Shown here one piece after another: positions 1-11,359 of a stretch of DNA of 64,000 nt (positions are counted from its first letter, which is position 1; each line of letters begins with the position of its first letter). A program made the translations under genes and the position numbers. Below the pieces are notes generated by a model. The model was given only the letters and a program-made list of their open reading frames with translations. It was not told the DNA's origin and made no database searches. Origin of the DNA: Haliotis cracherodii (lineage: Eukaryota). The stretch covers positions 49,166,001 through 49,230,000 of the forward strand of contig NW_027266343.1 in NCBI RefSeq assembly GCF_022045235.1, given 5' to 3'.

Positions 1-320
1 GGTGGAAACTGGACTTTTATAGTCCGTTAACTCTCTTGCCTCAGGAAGATGAGCCTAGTTCGGCAAGGGTGGAAACTGGACTTTTATAGTCCGTTAACTC
101 ACTCGCCTCAGGAAGATGAGCCTAGTTCGGCAAGGGTGGAAACTGGACTTTTATAGTCAGTTAACTCTCTTGTCTCGGGAAGATGAGCCTAGTTCGGCAA
201 GGGTGGAAACTGGACTTTTATAGTCAGTTAACTCTCTTGCCTCAGGAAGATGAGCCTAGTTCGGCAAGGGTGGAAACTGGACTTTTATAGTCCGTTAACT
301 CCCTTGCCTCAGGAAGATGA
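1..320. repeat. 67-bp tandem array (~4.8 visible copies, runs off the window start)
   Basis: Unit GGTGGAAACTGGACTTTTATAGTCNGTTAACTCTCTTGCCTCAGGAAGATGAGCCTAGTTCGGCAAG recurs at 1, 68, 135, 202 and 269. A single monomer also occurs at ~53318-53381. Confidence 0.95.
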
Positions 321-439
321 ACATTGCTGGGTACCTGATGCCAGCATTATGAAATAGTTAACACCAATAACGTATGCATGTGCTATATTATTCAACATTA
401 AGACCTTATCTGCTGCACACGGCTAGTGATGCCTAGCTG

Positions 440-870
440 GAGACATGGTTTCCCACATCTAGTGCAAACTTTATACCGAAGTTAGAGTGGAATTAATTAC
501 TGGTCTATCCCTGAATCCCCAAACTTTAGCCCCATAAAGTAATATAGGTTTTACCTTACTGTTAAACAATTTAATAAGTACAGTTGCAGATATATTTGGG
601 ACACTGTATTGTAATTCCTTTACAGAAAGTAGTGCCTTTTTTGTTTTTGAGGATACAGTCACTGTACATTTCGTCCATGACAACTGTGTAGAGACACCTA
701 GATAGTTGTAATAACGTGATGTTTTCATCTGTTTTCCATCCATGAACGTTGTTTCATAACTCCGTCGGTAACTACTGTTCCTTAACACTAGTATCTCCGT
801 CATAAACAGGTTAACCTGGAATACCCATGTGGTGTTATTTCTCAGGTTTGTCATCAATTTCAACGTCAGT
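440..870 (-). mobile_element. Degenerate non-LTR retrotransposon (LINE) ORF2 fragment, RT thumb / post-RT region
   Basis: ORF 471-863(-) contains YNYLGV...LIKLFNSKVKPILLYGAKVWG, which matches the YKYLG...LFxSxVxPxLxYGxEVWG signature downstream of LINE reverse transcriptases. Confidence 0.75.
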
Positions 871-984
871 CAGGGCTGGGCTGAATTCCTGTGGGTGATC
901 ATGTGACTCCCTTTGACATGTGACATCATTCCAGCCCCTGGGCGTGACTGGCGGTTACTTCGTCACTGTTAACACAATCATTAA

Positions 985-1290
985 TAAACAACTTGCAAAT
1001 CAAAGAAAAGTTCGCTCTTCATTATGTCTTGCTCCATCATCATAGGTTTCAGCTTCCTCTTCTTCTCTCGCACGGTCCTAGAGAAGTCTCCACTTATCCA
1101 CAGTCTAAGTCCTTGGTCTTGTTCGCGGCTGTGAATGTGTCACGTCTATGGTGATCATCCAGTATCAGCGCAATAATAGCCTTTCCATTTATTATTAGAT
1201 GAGCACGGTTGATGTCTGTTTTGAAGTCATCTAGATCAAGTTTGTTTCCAATAATCTCTTATAGTTGCCTCACAATCTTGGTACTTGACC
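985..1290 (-). mobile_element. Degenerate LINE ORF1 fragment
   Basis: The minus strand reads, with frameshifts, ...DINRAHL...KAIIA...LWISGDFSRTVREKKRKLKPMM. This resembles the RAHR...IIAKF...ISEDFSxxVRxxRxxL motifs of LINE ORF1p. Confidence 0.55.
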
Positions 1291-1554
1291 CACCAAAGAG
1301 ATTCACAAGAAGAATATGCCCTATTAGCACCCTAAGCTTACAAGGGCTGATTAGGCTTGGGACTCTTTACACAATCTTAGTAACAAATGTTATATCTGGG
1401 ATAACACTTTCTTAGTAAAGTAGAGATTCTTGTACATTATTGGGTTGAGTCCCATTCAAACCCACACCGCCAGAGTGAGGCACATAATCGCCAGACAATC
1501 TTAGTGCTAAAAAAGCTTTGTGAATAGGCCGCTTGGTGGTCACAATATGTGACC

Positions 1555-1667
1555 TGGATCCGCTGGCACAAAGTGATCTTAGCGCAAAGGTGACCGTAAC
1601 TCCCATACTTTAACATAGGCTTGCAATAGTTGTAGCACTAACACTGCTTTGTGCAAGTGGGCCCTGG
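1555..1667. mobile_element. Short PIF/Harbinger-like MITE
   Basis: Imperfect TIRs (GGATCCGCTGGCACAAAG / CTTTGTGCAAGTGGGCCC). Homologous to 29305-29417 and related to 1780-1966 and 31497-31605. Confidence 0.6.
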
Positions 1668-1779
1668 CTGATTGTGTGTCATTGCAGCCTAACATTGTTC
1701 TTTATGCTGCTGACCACCATTGCCACTCAATATTTATTTTCATTAAGGTTCGTTCTGTATACATACTGAGTGTCTGACT

Positions 1780-1966
1780 GGGCCCGTTCCACAAAGCAAT
1801 CGTAGTAGTAAGACGATCGTAACTCCCATACTTTAACATAGAATTACGACTGTCGTATCACTATGATCGCTTTGCGATCTTGATGCCATGTTGATCGTAA
1901 GGCTGTGATAAAGTATGGGAGTTACGACCAACTTAGCACTAAGATCGCTTTATGGAACGGGTTCCC
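1780..1966. mobile_element. Palindromic Harbinger-like MITE
   Basis: GGGCCCGTTCCACAAAGCAATC...GATCGCTTTATGGAACGGGTTCCC, with internal inverted copies of CGTAACTCCCATACTTTA. Confidence 0.6.
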
Positions 1967-2093
1967 GGTCCCTTATTGTCTGTTGTTATGCTACTGGCTC
2001 ATGCCGTCAGTCATTACAGGGGTAGACAACTCATTTAATCCAACAATTCCACCACTCAGCTTGTACTAGCAGCTCATCTAACACAAATAGTGC

Positions 2094-2213
2094 GTGAGTG
2101 AGTGAGTAAGGTTTTACGCCACTTTTAGCAATATCTCAGCAATATGTGGGGATCCAACCCGGGCCTTTGGCGTGACATGTGAATGCTTTAACAACTTTGC
2201 TATCCAACCACCA
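2094..2213 (-). mobile_element. tRNA-derived SINE family A, internally deleted copy
   Basis: (GAGT)n tail, TTTTACGCCACTTTTAGCAATAT and a degenerate tRNA head, all matching the full copies at 19302 and 41313. Confidence 0.8.
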
Positions 2214-2720
2214 TTTGTAAAACAAATAGATCGGGGGCAAAATTAAGTAAACCTTTGAATTACCTGGTCTTAGACTAGCAGATTAATGTCCGTGTCTAAT
2301 ACTACAAGGTCTGATCCTGTCTTGGTTATTTGCAAGCTGCCATGTTGATATAGCTGTGTTATTGTTGATTGTAACTCTGTCAATATTGCCATTTTGTTCT
2401 TTTAACAACTTGCATTGTTCCTGGCAGAAACAATTTGCATCAGCTCTGAAATGATGTATACAAAATGGGAAACCGGTTGGTCCCGTGATATAGGTGTAGT
2501 TTATCAGGTTATAAATCTGGACATGTTTCAAGCCTGTAAGGTATTTTATTTGTTATAATTAGAAATAGAGAATTTGAAATTTAAGTTTTTTTCTCATCTT
2601 ACAAAGCCATGTATTTTCTTTATAAAAGCACAAAAATAGGACAGTGGAATTTTATTATTATTTCAACCACTGACCTAAACAAAAATATGCATTAAGAATC
2701 ACCAGCACTGGTTTTTCCAG

Positions 2721-3075
2721 ATGAAAATGGCCACTTCCACATCAAGACAGTGGATCAGTATGAACGGGATAAGAGGACGGAGGCTAAAGTTCTACAAACC
2801 ATGAAGACTCACTCAAGTTTCGACAGCCCCCAACCAGTTGCAGCTAAACCAGTTGCAGCGAAACCAGTTGCAGTCAAACCAGTTGCAGTCAAACCAGTTG
2901 CAGTCAAACCAGTTTCAGCCACACCAGTTTCAGCCACACCAGTTTCAGCCACACCAGTGGCAGCTAAACCAATCCACCTCAAGGAGACGTCGGCCATTAC
3001 ATCTGAACACAAACCTGCCACGCCCGAGCCGATCCACTGGGTGAAGCTCAACCACGTTGCAGACAGTGGACATAA
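2721..3075 (+). CDS. PDZD7/whirlin-like PDZ protein, internal exon (linker with PVA(A/V)K / PVSAT pentapeptide repeats); upstream exons are outside the window
   Basis: Acceptor gtttttccag|2721 and donor 3075|gtaaga. Open frame xENGHFHIKTVDQYERDKRTEAK...HVADSGHK. Its phase-2 end joins in frame to 4967. Confidence 0.75.
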
Positions 3076-3557
3076 GTAAGACTTTCGCCACTGTTAGTTG
3101 AGTTTTGTTGAAAGTTCATTACAACATACATGACAATAGAAATATGACCACCTTATGACTTCTGCAGTATGCGTGTCTTCATAGACCATTTTGTTCTTTG
3201 TTTTGAGGATGTTCCTGTTCTTGTTTGCAGAACCGATGAAGAAATAACTAAACATTACAAATAGGCTTGTTTTGAAAAATAACATCATAACAGGTTTTGT
3301 TACATTGTTTATCAAATGTTTTTCTTCAGGAATTATAACAACTAGCTTTTGATATCACATAATGTTGGGGTATTTAGCTAATATCAACCCTGACAACTGT
3401 CTTATATCATATCTCTATGTCAGAATGATGAGATTTGATTGGTCCTTGTGATCTTGATTATCTAGTATGTATCCCGCCTTGTAGGGAATTAAATTTCTTA
3501 GCAGGAGAATATATCCCTTATACCCCGCCATGATCAGGTCAGGCTGCATGTAGATTT

Positions 3558-3819
3558 TTGGTTGGTTTGTTGTTTAACGCCGCACTCAGCAATATTCCAG
3601 CTATATGACGGTGGGCTGTAAATAATCGGGGCTGGACCAGACAATCCAGTGATTAATATCACGAGCATCGATCCACGCAATTGGGATCGATGACATGCAT
3701 AAACCAAGTCAGCGAGCCTGACCACCCGATCCCATTAGTCGCCTTTTACGACAAACATAGTCGCCTTTAACGGCAGGCATGGGTTGCTGAAGACCTATTC
3801 TTCCCGAAATCTTCACGGT
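3558..3819 (-). mobile_element. SINE-like family B (structured non-tRNA head), full length
   Basis: The reverse complement begins ACCGTGAAGATTTCGGGAAGAATAGGTCTTCAGCAACCC and ends GCTGGAATATTGCTGAGTGCGGCGTTAAACAACAAACC. Homologous to the copies at 13545, 54598 and 60019. Confidence 0.9.
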
Positions 3820-4126
3820 TTTTGAGAGGCAGAATAAATCCCTTATGCCCTGCTTCAAAGCAAAAAGCTGCACAATGTTTCTGAGTCATGAAAGTCATGT
3901 TTACTTTCAAATTTGAATTTGTTTTAATTCTTTTACAATGTCATATTAAAACATGTTGGTAAGATAAATTCGTTCCAGCTAGTGGAATAAAACCAAACGA
4001 GGGTGAAAAGCTGTCAATGAAGCAGATGGATATTTGCTATAAGCCATCAATGAAATAGACATATTTATGTGAACCATCCGTGAAATAGACAGACAGTTAT
4101 GTGATATGCTATCAAAGAAAAAGATA

Positions 4127-4546
4127 GTGAGCGAGTGAGTTAAAATTTAACGTCACATTGGCATTATTTCAATCATATAGCGACGAGAACAAGTTGATAT
4201 ATACACAATTTAGTCATGAATACAGCAGTGATATGGAGTTTAACATTGCATTCAAGATTATTGTACTTACATAAATAGCGACATGTGTGCGTGCGTGCGT
4301 GCGTGCGTCTGCTTGTACTAGTCTAGACTAATGTCAGTCTTAATGTGCCAGCCAACAGCTTAACATGGATACCCCACTCAGACACAGTATACTGACTCCG
4401 AGCCAACCAGTCCTTGTTTTAGCCCCTTAATGCCGAGCGCCAGACAGGGTAACAACATGTACCATCTTTTAGCGTAATTCGGTGTGACACGGATGGGATC
4501 CACTGTCCAGGCAGACGCCTTATCCACTAGACCATGGAGGTTGTCA
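4127..4546 (-). mobile_element. tRNA-derived SINE family C with V-domain-like core
   Basis: Minus strand: A-box TGGTCTAGTGG, core AAAGATGGTAC...CCTGTCTGGCGCTCGGCATTAAGGGG resembling the V-SINE domain, and tail GTGACGTTAAA...(CACT)n. A second copy lies at 27156-27478. Confidence 0.75.
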
Positions 4547-4966
4547 GGAAGAGAGACATTTACATGATTAATATTTGTTTTGGGATGGAGGTGTTGACAT
4601 TTTTAATGTTTTATAGAAAGTGTACAACACCATAATCACCTCTGTCTATTTGGTAGCCATTTGGCACGACCCAGTTGTAAATAAACTTCATGAAATAATG
4701 AAACTGTTTTGTTAAAGGAATGAAGAGGTGTGTCAAAACATTTCTTACATATCTGACCTGCCTAGAAGTAAACTGATGAGTAGAATGTCCTTGGAACAAG
4801 AGGACGGTCCTCTCTGTCATAGCCTTGTATTTTCCTCCCCGACATTGTGTATCAATATCTTCGACTCTCAGTTCACTTATGTGTGATAATGCTTTAAACT
4901 TTAATTACCTGGTACATGAGAAAACAATATGATGTTTAAATTACATATTACTTAATATTTTTTCAG

Positions 4967-5058
4967 ACGCACAATTCGGCAAATTTTCAATAATAAGGAT
5001 GGCATTCCACACCTAAATTCCACGGTTGTGTTTGTCCCTAAGCTAAAGAAAACTTTAG
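4967..5058 (+). CDS. PDZD7/whirlin-like protein exon (start of C-terminal PDZ domain)
   Basis: tttttcag|4967 and 5058|gtatgc, 92 nt (1+90+1). Encodes RTIRQIFNNKDGIPHLNSTVVFVPKLKKTL-G, i.e. PDZ betaA and the carboxylate-binding loop. Confidence 0.85.
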
Positions 5059-5707
5059 GTATGCTTTCCAAAATCTCTTGGAGTTGGGATAGCTTGGTTT
5101 TAGTCACGAAGTCCAGCTTTTCATAGAATAAAGAGTTCTTTTTGTATCAGTTTGTGGAATTACCTATGAGATAACCTTCCCTATCATCTCTGTTATGCCA
5201 GGGATCATAGAACGGTATCTGGTCCTTTGTTTCGTCTTACATCAGTGTAATCAGAATTGTTGGCTTATATTATACCTAGTGACAGGCACTACAGTTTGTG
5301 GTCTGTTTTGTCCTGCCCAGTAACGAGTTATCTCCCCTTGAATGAGGCACCATTTTAGCCAGTGAGCTGTTATTGACCAGTTGTCTTATCAAAACCTATA
5401 GAAGTCAGCGGGTTGGCCAGGATAGCCATTGTGACATCAAAGAATTAACTGATATTGTTTGTGACATATTTAATGTAAACTGAAATTTGATTTAATTGTC
5501 TTACAAAATTAGTTTACTGAAAATTAGTCTGTATAGTTTGTAGTGATGATCAGTGTGGGTACCGCATTGTCTGCATAATGTTGACCTGCCAGAGGAGTGG
5601 CTAGGATCACCACTTCTGTTAAGCCAATCACATGGATCCACCCCAAGCCATATCCATAACGCTCCTCCAAAAGAAGTCCCTATGTTTCTCAGGGTAGCTA
5701 GTGTATT

Positions 5708-5884
5708 CAGGGATGAGAAAGATATTTTCCTTTTCAGCTGAAACTTCTCTTCAATGGAGCGTGGCCCATAATTTGGGGGTGTTTATGGGGGTTCAGGGGG
5801 GCTTGGAAGCCATCAGATTTTAACAAATTTATGGTCATTAAAATTCGCGGAAATTCGCGGATCTGCAGAAGATTCTCACCCCTG
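5708..5884. mobile_element. hAT-like MITE
   Basis: TIRs CAGGGATGAGAA / TTCTCACCCCTG. The flanks share TGTATT (imperfect TSD). Confidence 0.55.
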
Positions 5885-6505
5885 TGTATTTGGAGGTTGT
5901 CTTTGATCAGTAGAACATGGTTTGACACATCTCTAATTCCTCTAACATTGTCATGATTTTGAAGTCAAAGTTTTTACACAATGGAAATCTGGACACAAGA
6001 GAACTCTTTTTCTAATGCTTTAAACAGGATTTGGATTTCTTACAACTAGAGAATTCTAGAGATTTTTCTTTGTAGATTTTTAGTATGAATTCCTGGGTTG
6101 TTGTTGTTGAAGTTTCAGTCAACGCCTTTCTTTGTTGTCTGTGTGACCTTCACCTTATTGACTGAACATTTTGGGTTTTTTTTACATAGTTTATAATCCC
6201 ATCATCGGCTGCTCATTAATCAGCAAAACACACAGGCATTGTGAAATTCTGTAATTAATGTATGTAATTTTCAAATAATCAAGATCAGATATTTGTGAAT
6301 GAAATTGTGCGGTGTTTTGCTGTTAAGAATGAGCTCCTACTTTCTGTAGTTTGCTTTTTCATAACATTTTACATTCGACCTACCCTTACATCATGTACTC
6401 ACGGCCATCTTATCCTGACATATTGATTTGGTTTCATCTCAGATCGCAATGTTTGCAAACAATGTTAACAGGTGGATTATCTTCCACACAATTATATCAT
6501 ACTGT

Positions 6506-6910
6506 TAGGGCTGGGACAGGTAACTCAGGTACCTGCGATGGATGGGTACTGAGTAGGACCCAGGTACCCACAGGACTACCCAGACCTGTTGTTAGTCACG
6601 TGATATATTGTTTAATGACAAAAATTATCTAAACCTATGGTTACACTACGTGTCACTAATGTTCACATTTCTTTCTGACTATGCACCCATTCCTTCTGAC
6701 TTTTATATGTTTGAATAAAACTGAAACTTCAATGTATGCATGACTAGATCGTTTTATACATGTATAATACATTTTGTCAGGGCTACGGTCAAACTATTTC
6801 CAATCGGACATTTTGTACCTATCTCTTGAGACCGACAGCGTGTACCCAGGTAGGGTTGGGTAATAGTGGATGGGTACCCGGGTAGTAAATTTGGATTCGT
6901 CCCAGCCCTA
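6506..6910. mobile_element. hAT-type MITE (TAGGGCTG...CAGCCCTA)
   Basis: TIR TAGGGCTGGGAC / GTCCCAGCCCTA and 8-bp TSD CATACTGT/CATACTAT. Inverted homolog of 41561-42367. Confidence 0.85.
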
Positions 6911-7060
6911 CATACTATAAGTCATCATTAGATGCAGCTTGTAAACTCAAGCATGTACATGCACAACTGAACTGCTTTTTGTTCAAGATGGTTTAACACA
7001 GCATATTTCTATATTAAATCAAACTGCTATGTCATATACAGAGCTATTTGCCCCTTTCAG

Positions 7061-7161
7061 GACTCCGCTTGAGAGGGGGCCTTATCGGTCAAGTTTTTCT
7101 ACCAGTTCGTATCGATGAGGTGCTCGTGGACAGTGCAGCTGCAGATGAAGAGAAACTCCAG
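7061..7161 (+). CDS. PDZD7/whirlin-like protein exon (PDZ core)
   Basis: cccctttcag|7061 and 7161|gtgact, 101 nt (2+99). Encodes G-LRLRGGLIGQVFLPVRIDEVLVDSAAADEEKLQ. Confidence 0.88.
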
Positions 7162-7454
7162 GTGACTTGTCTCTCTTTGCTATTTCAAATCAAATCCCAG
7201 CACAAGGGGCACAGTTTGGTTGGATTTGTCCCGTCGTAGGGTCCTGCAATTTGATATTTTGGATTTTGTGCAACCAAATAAATTGTACTCAAAAAGTCTC
7301 AACAACAAAAATTACACTTCACAAAAAAAGTTCATGCCACAAAAGAACATTGTTGCAAGGTGTTTTTCTTTTCTTTCAAATCAGGCTCATATGTTTATAT
7401 AAAAAATATCTTGTTTTGTTGCTAAAGGTGAAGTAAAATTTGATACATACTCCC

Positions 7455-7860
7455 ATGGGATAGTTGTATACATTTGGATTGTATACATGGGATAGTTGTA
7501 TACATCAGGGATTGTATACATGGAATAGTTGTATACATGGAATAGTTGTATACATGGGGATTGTATACATGGGATAGTTGTATACATGGGGATTGTATAC
7601 ATTGGGTAGTTGTATACATGGGGATAGTTGTATACATGGGGATTGTATACATGGGATAGTTGTATACATGGGGATTGCATACATGGGATAGTTGAATACA
7701 TGGGGATTGTATACATGTGATAGTTGAATACATGGGGATTGTATACATGTGATAGTTGTATACATGGGAGATTGTATATATGGGATAGTTGTATACATGG
7801 GGGATTGTATACATTGTAGTTGTATATATGGGACTTTGTATACTTGTATACATGGGACAG
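7455..7860. repeat. ~16-18-bp intronic minisatellite (GTTGTATACATGGGAT/GGATTGTATACAT)
   Basis: Direct inspection. It accounts for the spurious ORFs 7387-8006. Confidence 0.95.
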
Positions 7861-7916
7861 TTGATTAATGGGATGCAGATTTGTATAGACAGTGATGTAC
7901 GATGTCTGTATTTCAG

Positions 7917-8063
7917 CCTGGTGTGACGTTGATATCGGTGGACAGTCAGAGTCTGGGTGGCTACACTGTGGAGGACACAGAGGAACTGCTGGAGAAGGCA
8001 TTCCACAGCAAGGCCACGACCAGGATCAAGCTGGAGATCAACACGGACAAGCGTATGGCTTGA
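7917..8063 (+). CDS. PDZD7/whirlin-like protein, terminal coding exon
   Basis: tgtatttcag|7917. Encodes PGVTLISVDSQSLGGYTVEDTEELLEKAFHSKATTRIKLEINTDKRMA*. The assembled domain resembles PDZ3 of PDZD7/whirlin (LG.x.x.GG...LQ.G..L..VD...L...AF..K....I.L). Exact orthology is not established. Confidence 0.85.
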   Translation, partial: PGVTLISVDSQSLGGYTVEDTEELLEKAFHSKATTRIKLEINTDKRMA

Positions 8064-8342
8064 CTCACCTCAATGTGTGCTCATGAACAAACTGCAGCAG
8101 ACATCAAATATTATGTGGTCTTAAGGGCTTGGAAAAGTTACCGGTACAATGTGATTATTTTTCCCTGGTCAGTTGAAGATAGATTATATTCAGACACAGA
8201 CAAGCGTATGGCTTGACTCAGCTCAGTGTGTGCTGATGAACAAACTGTGGGACAACTGCAGCAGACATCAAATATTATGTGTTCTGAAGGGCTTGGAAGA
8301 GTTACCAGTAATTATATTACCCTGGTCAGTTGAAGATAGATT
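8041..8342 (+). repeat. ~150-bp diverged tandem duplication spanning the stop codon
   Basis: 8041-8185 and 8194-8342 share ACAC(G/A)GACAAGCGTATGGCTTGACTCA...CCCTGGTCAGTTGAAGATAGATT. Confidence 0.9.
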
Positions 8343-8481
8343 TGATTCAAACCTTTCTAAATGAGACTTGTGACACTGTGAACACCATTACATGGCTTAA
8401 CTGTTCTGCCTCTGTGTATCATGGCAACCAAGGTAAAGGTCATTTGAAGCATTCCATTATGTGACGCTATAGTGATTGACA

Positions 8482-8812
8482 TGTCATGAGGCATCAAGTG
8501 CCAAGGAACTTGTCATGAGGCATCAAGTGCCAAGGAACATGTCATGAGGCATCAAGTGCCAAGGAACTTGTCATGAGGCATCAAGTGCCAAGGAACATGT
8601 CATGAGGCATCAAGTGCCAAGGAACATTTCATGAGGCATCAAGTGCCAAGGAACATGTCTTGAGGCATCAAGTGCCAAGGAACATGTCATGAGGCATCAA
8701 GTGCCAAGGAACATGTCATGAGGCATCAAGTGCCAAGAAACTTGTCATGAGGAATCAAGTGCCAAGGAACATGTCATGAGGCATTAAGTGCCAAGGAACA
8801 TGTCATGAGGCA
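8482..8812. repeat. 29-bp minisatellite (~11 copies)
   Basis: Unit TGTCATGAGGCATCAAGTGCCAAGGAAC(A/T). Confidence 0.97.
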
Positions 8813-8917
8813 TACATTGTCAGGGCATGTGATATGTGATAGCATCCTGTCCAACAAGGTGTATACCTACCTACATGTTTAACCCTACCTAGTGTGTATA
8901 GTACTACAACCAGCCCA

Positions 8918-9620
8918 TCTGTGTCAACCCATGTGTCAACCAATCCTGTATGTGTGTTAAGCCATGTGTTAACCAGTTCTGTATATGTGTTAACCCATGT
9001 GTCAACCAATCCTGTATGTGTGTTAAGCCATGTGTTAACCAATCCTCTATATGTGTTAAGCCATATGTCAAGCAATCCTGTATGTGTGTTAAGCCATGTG
9101 TTAACCAATCCTGTATATGTGTTAACCCATGTGTCAACCAATCCTGTATGTGTGTTAAGCCATGTGTTAACCAATCCTGTATATGTGTCAACCCATGTGT
9201 CAACCAATCCTGTATGTGTGTTAAGCCATGTGTCAACCAATCCTGTATGTGTGTTAAGCCATGTATCAACCAATCCTGTATGTGTGTTAACCCATGTGTC
9301 AACCAATCCTGTATGTGTGTTAAGCCATGTGTCAACCAATCCTGTATGTGTGTTAACCTATGGGTCAACCAATTCTGTATGTGTGTTAACCTATGTGTCA
9401 ACCAATCCTGTATGTGTGTTAACCCATGTGTCAACCAATTCTGTATGTGTGTTAACCTATGTGTCAACCAATCATGTATGTCTGTCAACCCATGTGAGTA
9501 ATACTACCCTTCAACCATCTGTGTGTGTCAACCCACATGTCTGTCAACCAATGTGTGTCAACCTGTTCCATGTGTGTCTTCCAAACCATATGTGTCAACC
9601 ACATCATGGGTGTCAACCAA
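8918..9620. repeat. 33-bp minisatellite
   Basis: Unit CCATGTGTCAACCAATCCTGTATGTGTGTTAAG, degenerating after ~9500. It is the source of ORFs 8803-9652. Confidence 0.97.
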
Positions 9621-9764
9621 AGCATGTGTTGTCACTGCACACAGAAGTGTAACCCGCCCTGTGTGTGATCCTACACAGTGTAACAGTGTCAAGTTGTGTA
9701 CAGGTTCTTAGACTATGTTAGATACTGTAGTTAGAATTTACCCCCAGCAAACATGGATCATGGG

Positions 9765-10455
9765 CACATGTTACCATAGTGATGGCACATACAGTGGTCA
9801 TGTGTTACCATAGTGATGACACATTCAGTGCTCATGTGTTACCATCGTGATGGCACATACAGTAGTCATGTGTTGTGATGGTGATGAAACATACAGTGGT
9901 CACGTTTTACCATAGTGACGAAACATTCAGTGGTCATGTGTTACCATAGTGATGAAACATAGTGGCCATGTGTTACCATAGTGATGACATATACAGTGGT
10001 CATGTGTTACCAAAGTGATGACACATTCAGTGGTCATGTGTTACCATAGTGATGAAACATTCAGTGGTCATGTGTTACCATAGTGATGGCGTATACAGCA
10101 GTCATGTGTTGCCATAGTGATGAAACATACAGTGGTCATGTGTTACCATAGTGATAAAACATTCAGTGGTCATGTGTTACCATAGTGATGAAACATAGTG
10201 GCCATGTGTTACCATAGTGATGAAACATTCAGTAGTCATGCGTTACTATAGTGATGGCACATATAGTGGTCATGTGTTACCATAGTGATGAAACACAGTG
10301 GCCATGTGTTGCCATAGTGATGATGTATTCAATGGTCATGTGTTACCAAAGTGATGACATGTAGTGTTATTTGTTACCATAGTGACAACATATACAGTGG
10401 TCTTGTGTTTCCATAGTGATGACATGTATAGTGGTCATGTGTTACCATAGTGATA
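9765..10455. repeat. 33-bp minisatellite (~20 copies) containing an X-box-like core
   Basis: Unit CATGTGTTACCATAGTGATGAAACAT(A/T)CAGTGGT. Confidence 0.95.
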
Positions 10456-11345
10456 TGGAGGAACACTTGAAACAAAACACAAGTAGAAGGGATTAAGAAT
10501 ACGTACACCATAGGAAGACTCTATTTCATTGACCAGAAAATGTGTACCTATTTTGGGAGGGTACAAGCATTTCACACCAGTGAGAGAATCCACCTTCTTC
10601 AGCCAACCCACACCCCACACCAAGTTTCTGTTCTAGCCTTGGGTCCTATATAAGCCACTCGGGAACCACATTTACTCAATTCCAGAGACTGTGTGTCTGG
10701 TTTTCGCTTCGTTAGGTACCTGGGACCATTGTCAGAAAAATAAATCGTTATAGGTCGCGACAGAAATATTAAAGATGGCTCATCATTATTCCACTGCCGG
10801 AAAAAAAAATGAAAGATCATTTCATCTATCAGTATCTAAATATTTGTATTTGCTTGTTGGGGCTTTTCTTCATATTCAAAAAGGAATGCTACTCAGGTCT
10901 TTGAGATGTCTTTATTTATGTTATTTGTTGAAGACCAGAGGTGAAATCTTGTCATGTTTGGAGGTTTGAATCAGTGAATCAAGAGGTGGTTGAGTCTAGT
11001 GACGTCAGAAGTCATGAATCATGTACATGAATCATATGTAAATACATTCCATGTTAATTGAGATATCATTTATTGTCTTGAAAAGTGTGATGTATCATAC
11101 TAACAGGAAGATATTAATGACATTTACTCACCAAAGTTACGGATCATGAATATTTTGGGGATACTGTTATGAACTTGTGTGCTCAGTCTATAAATCCCCA
11201 AAATATTCAGGATCCCTGAAACATTTTGTTCAATGTGTACATATCATATATTTAGCCATGTGTTAGTGTGTAGTGTTCTGAGTTTGATATTGTCCTCATT
11301 AACTCAGCATATTACTGAACAGGTGCTTAAGATGAAGGTGCTGTA

Positions 11346-11359
11346 GTTACCATAGCAAC
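11346..11359. promoter_or_regulatory. Consensus RFX X-box
   Basis: GTTACCATAGCAAC matches GTTRCCATRGYAAC. Function is untested. Confidence 0.35.

Noticed and set aside
7387-9652. Long ORFs of 178-252 aa with Cys/His/Tyr-rich repeats
   Set aside because: They are translations of minisatellites, open in several frames and on both strands, and lie in an intron or 3' flank.
8482-10455. CRISPR-like appearance of the 29-33-bp arrays (also 45615-47990 and 57311-58310)
   Set aside because: The units are contiguous with no unique spacers, there are no cas genes, and the context is eukaryotic. They are ordinary minisatellites.
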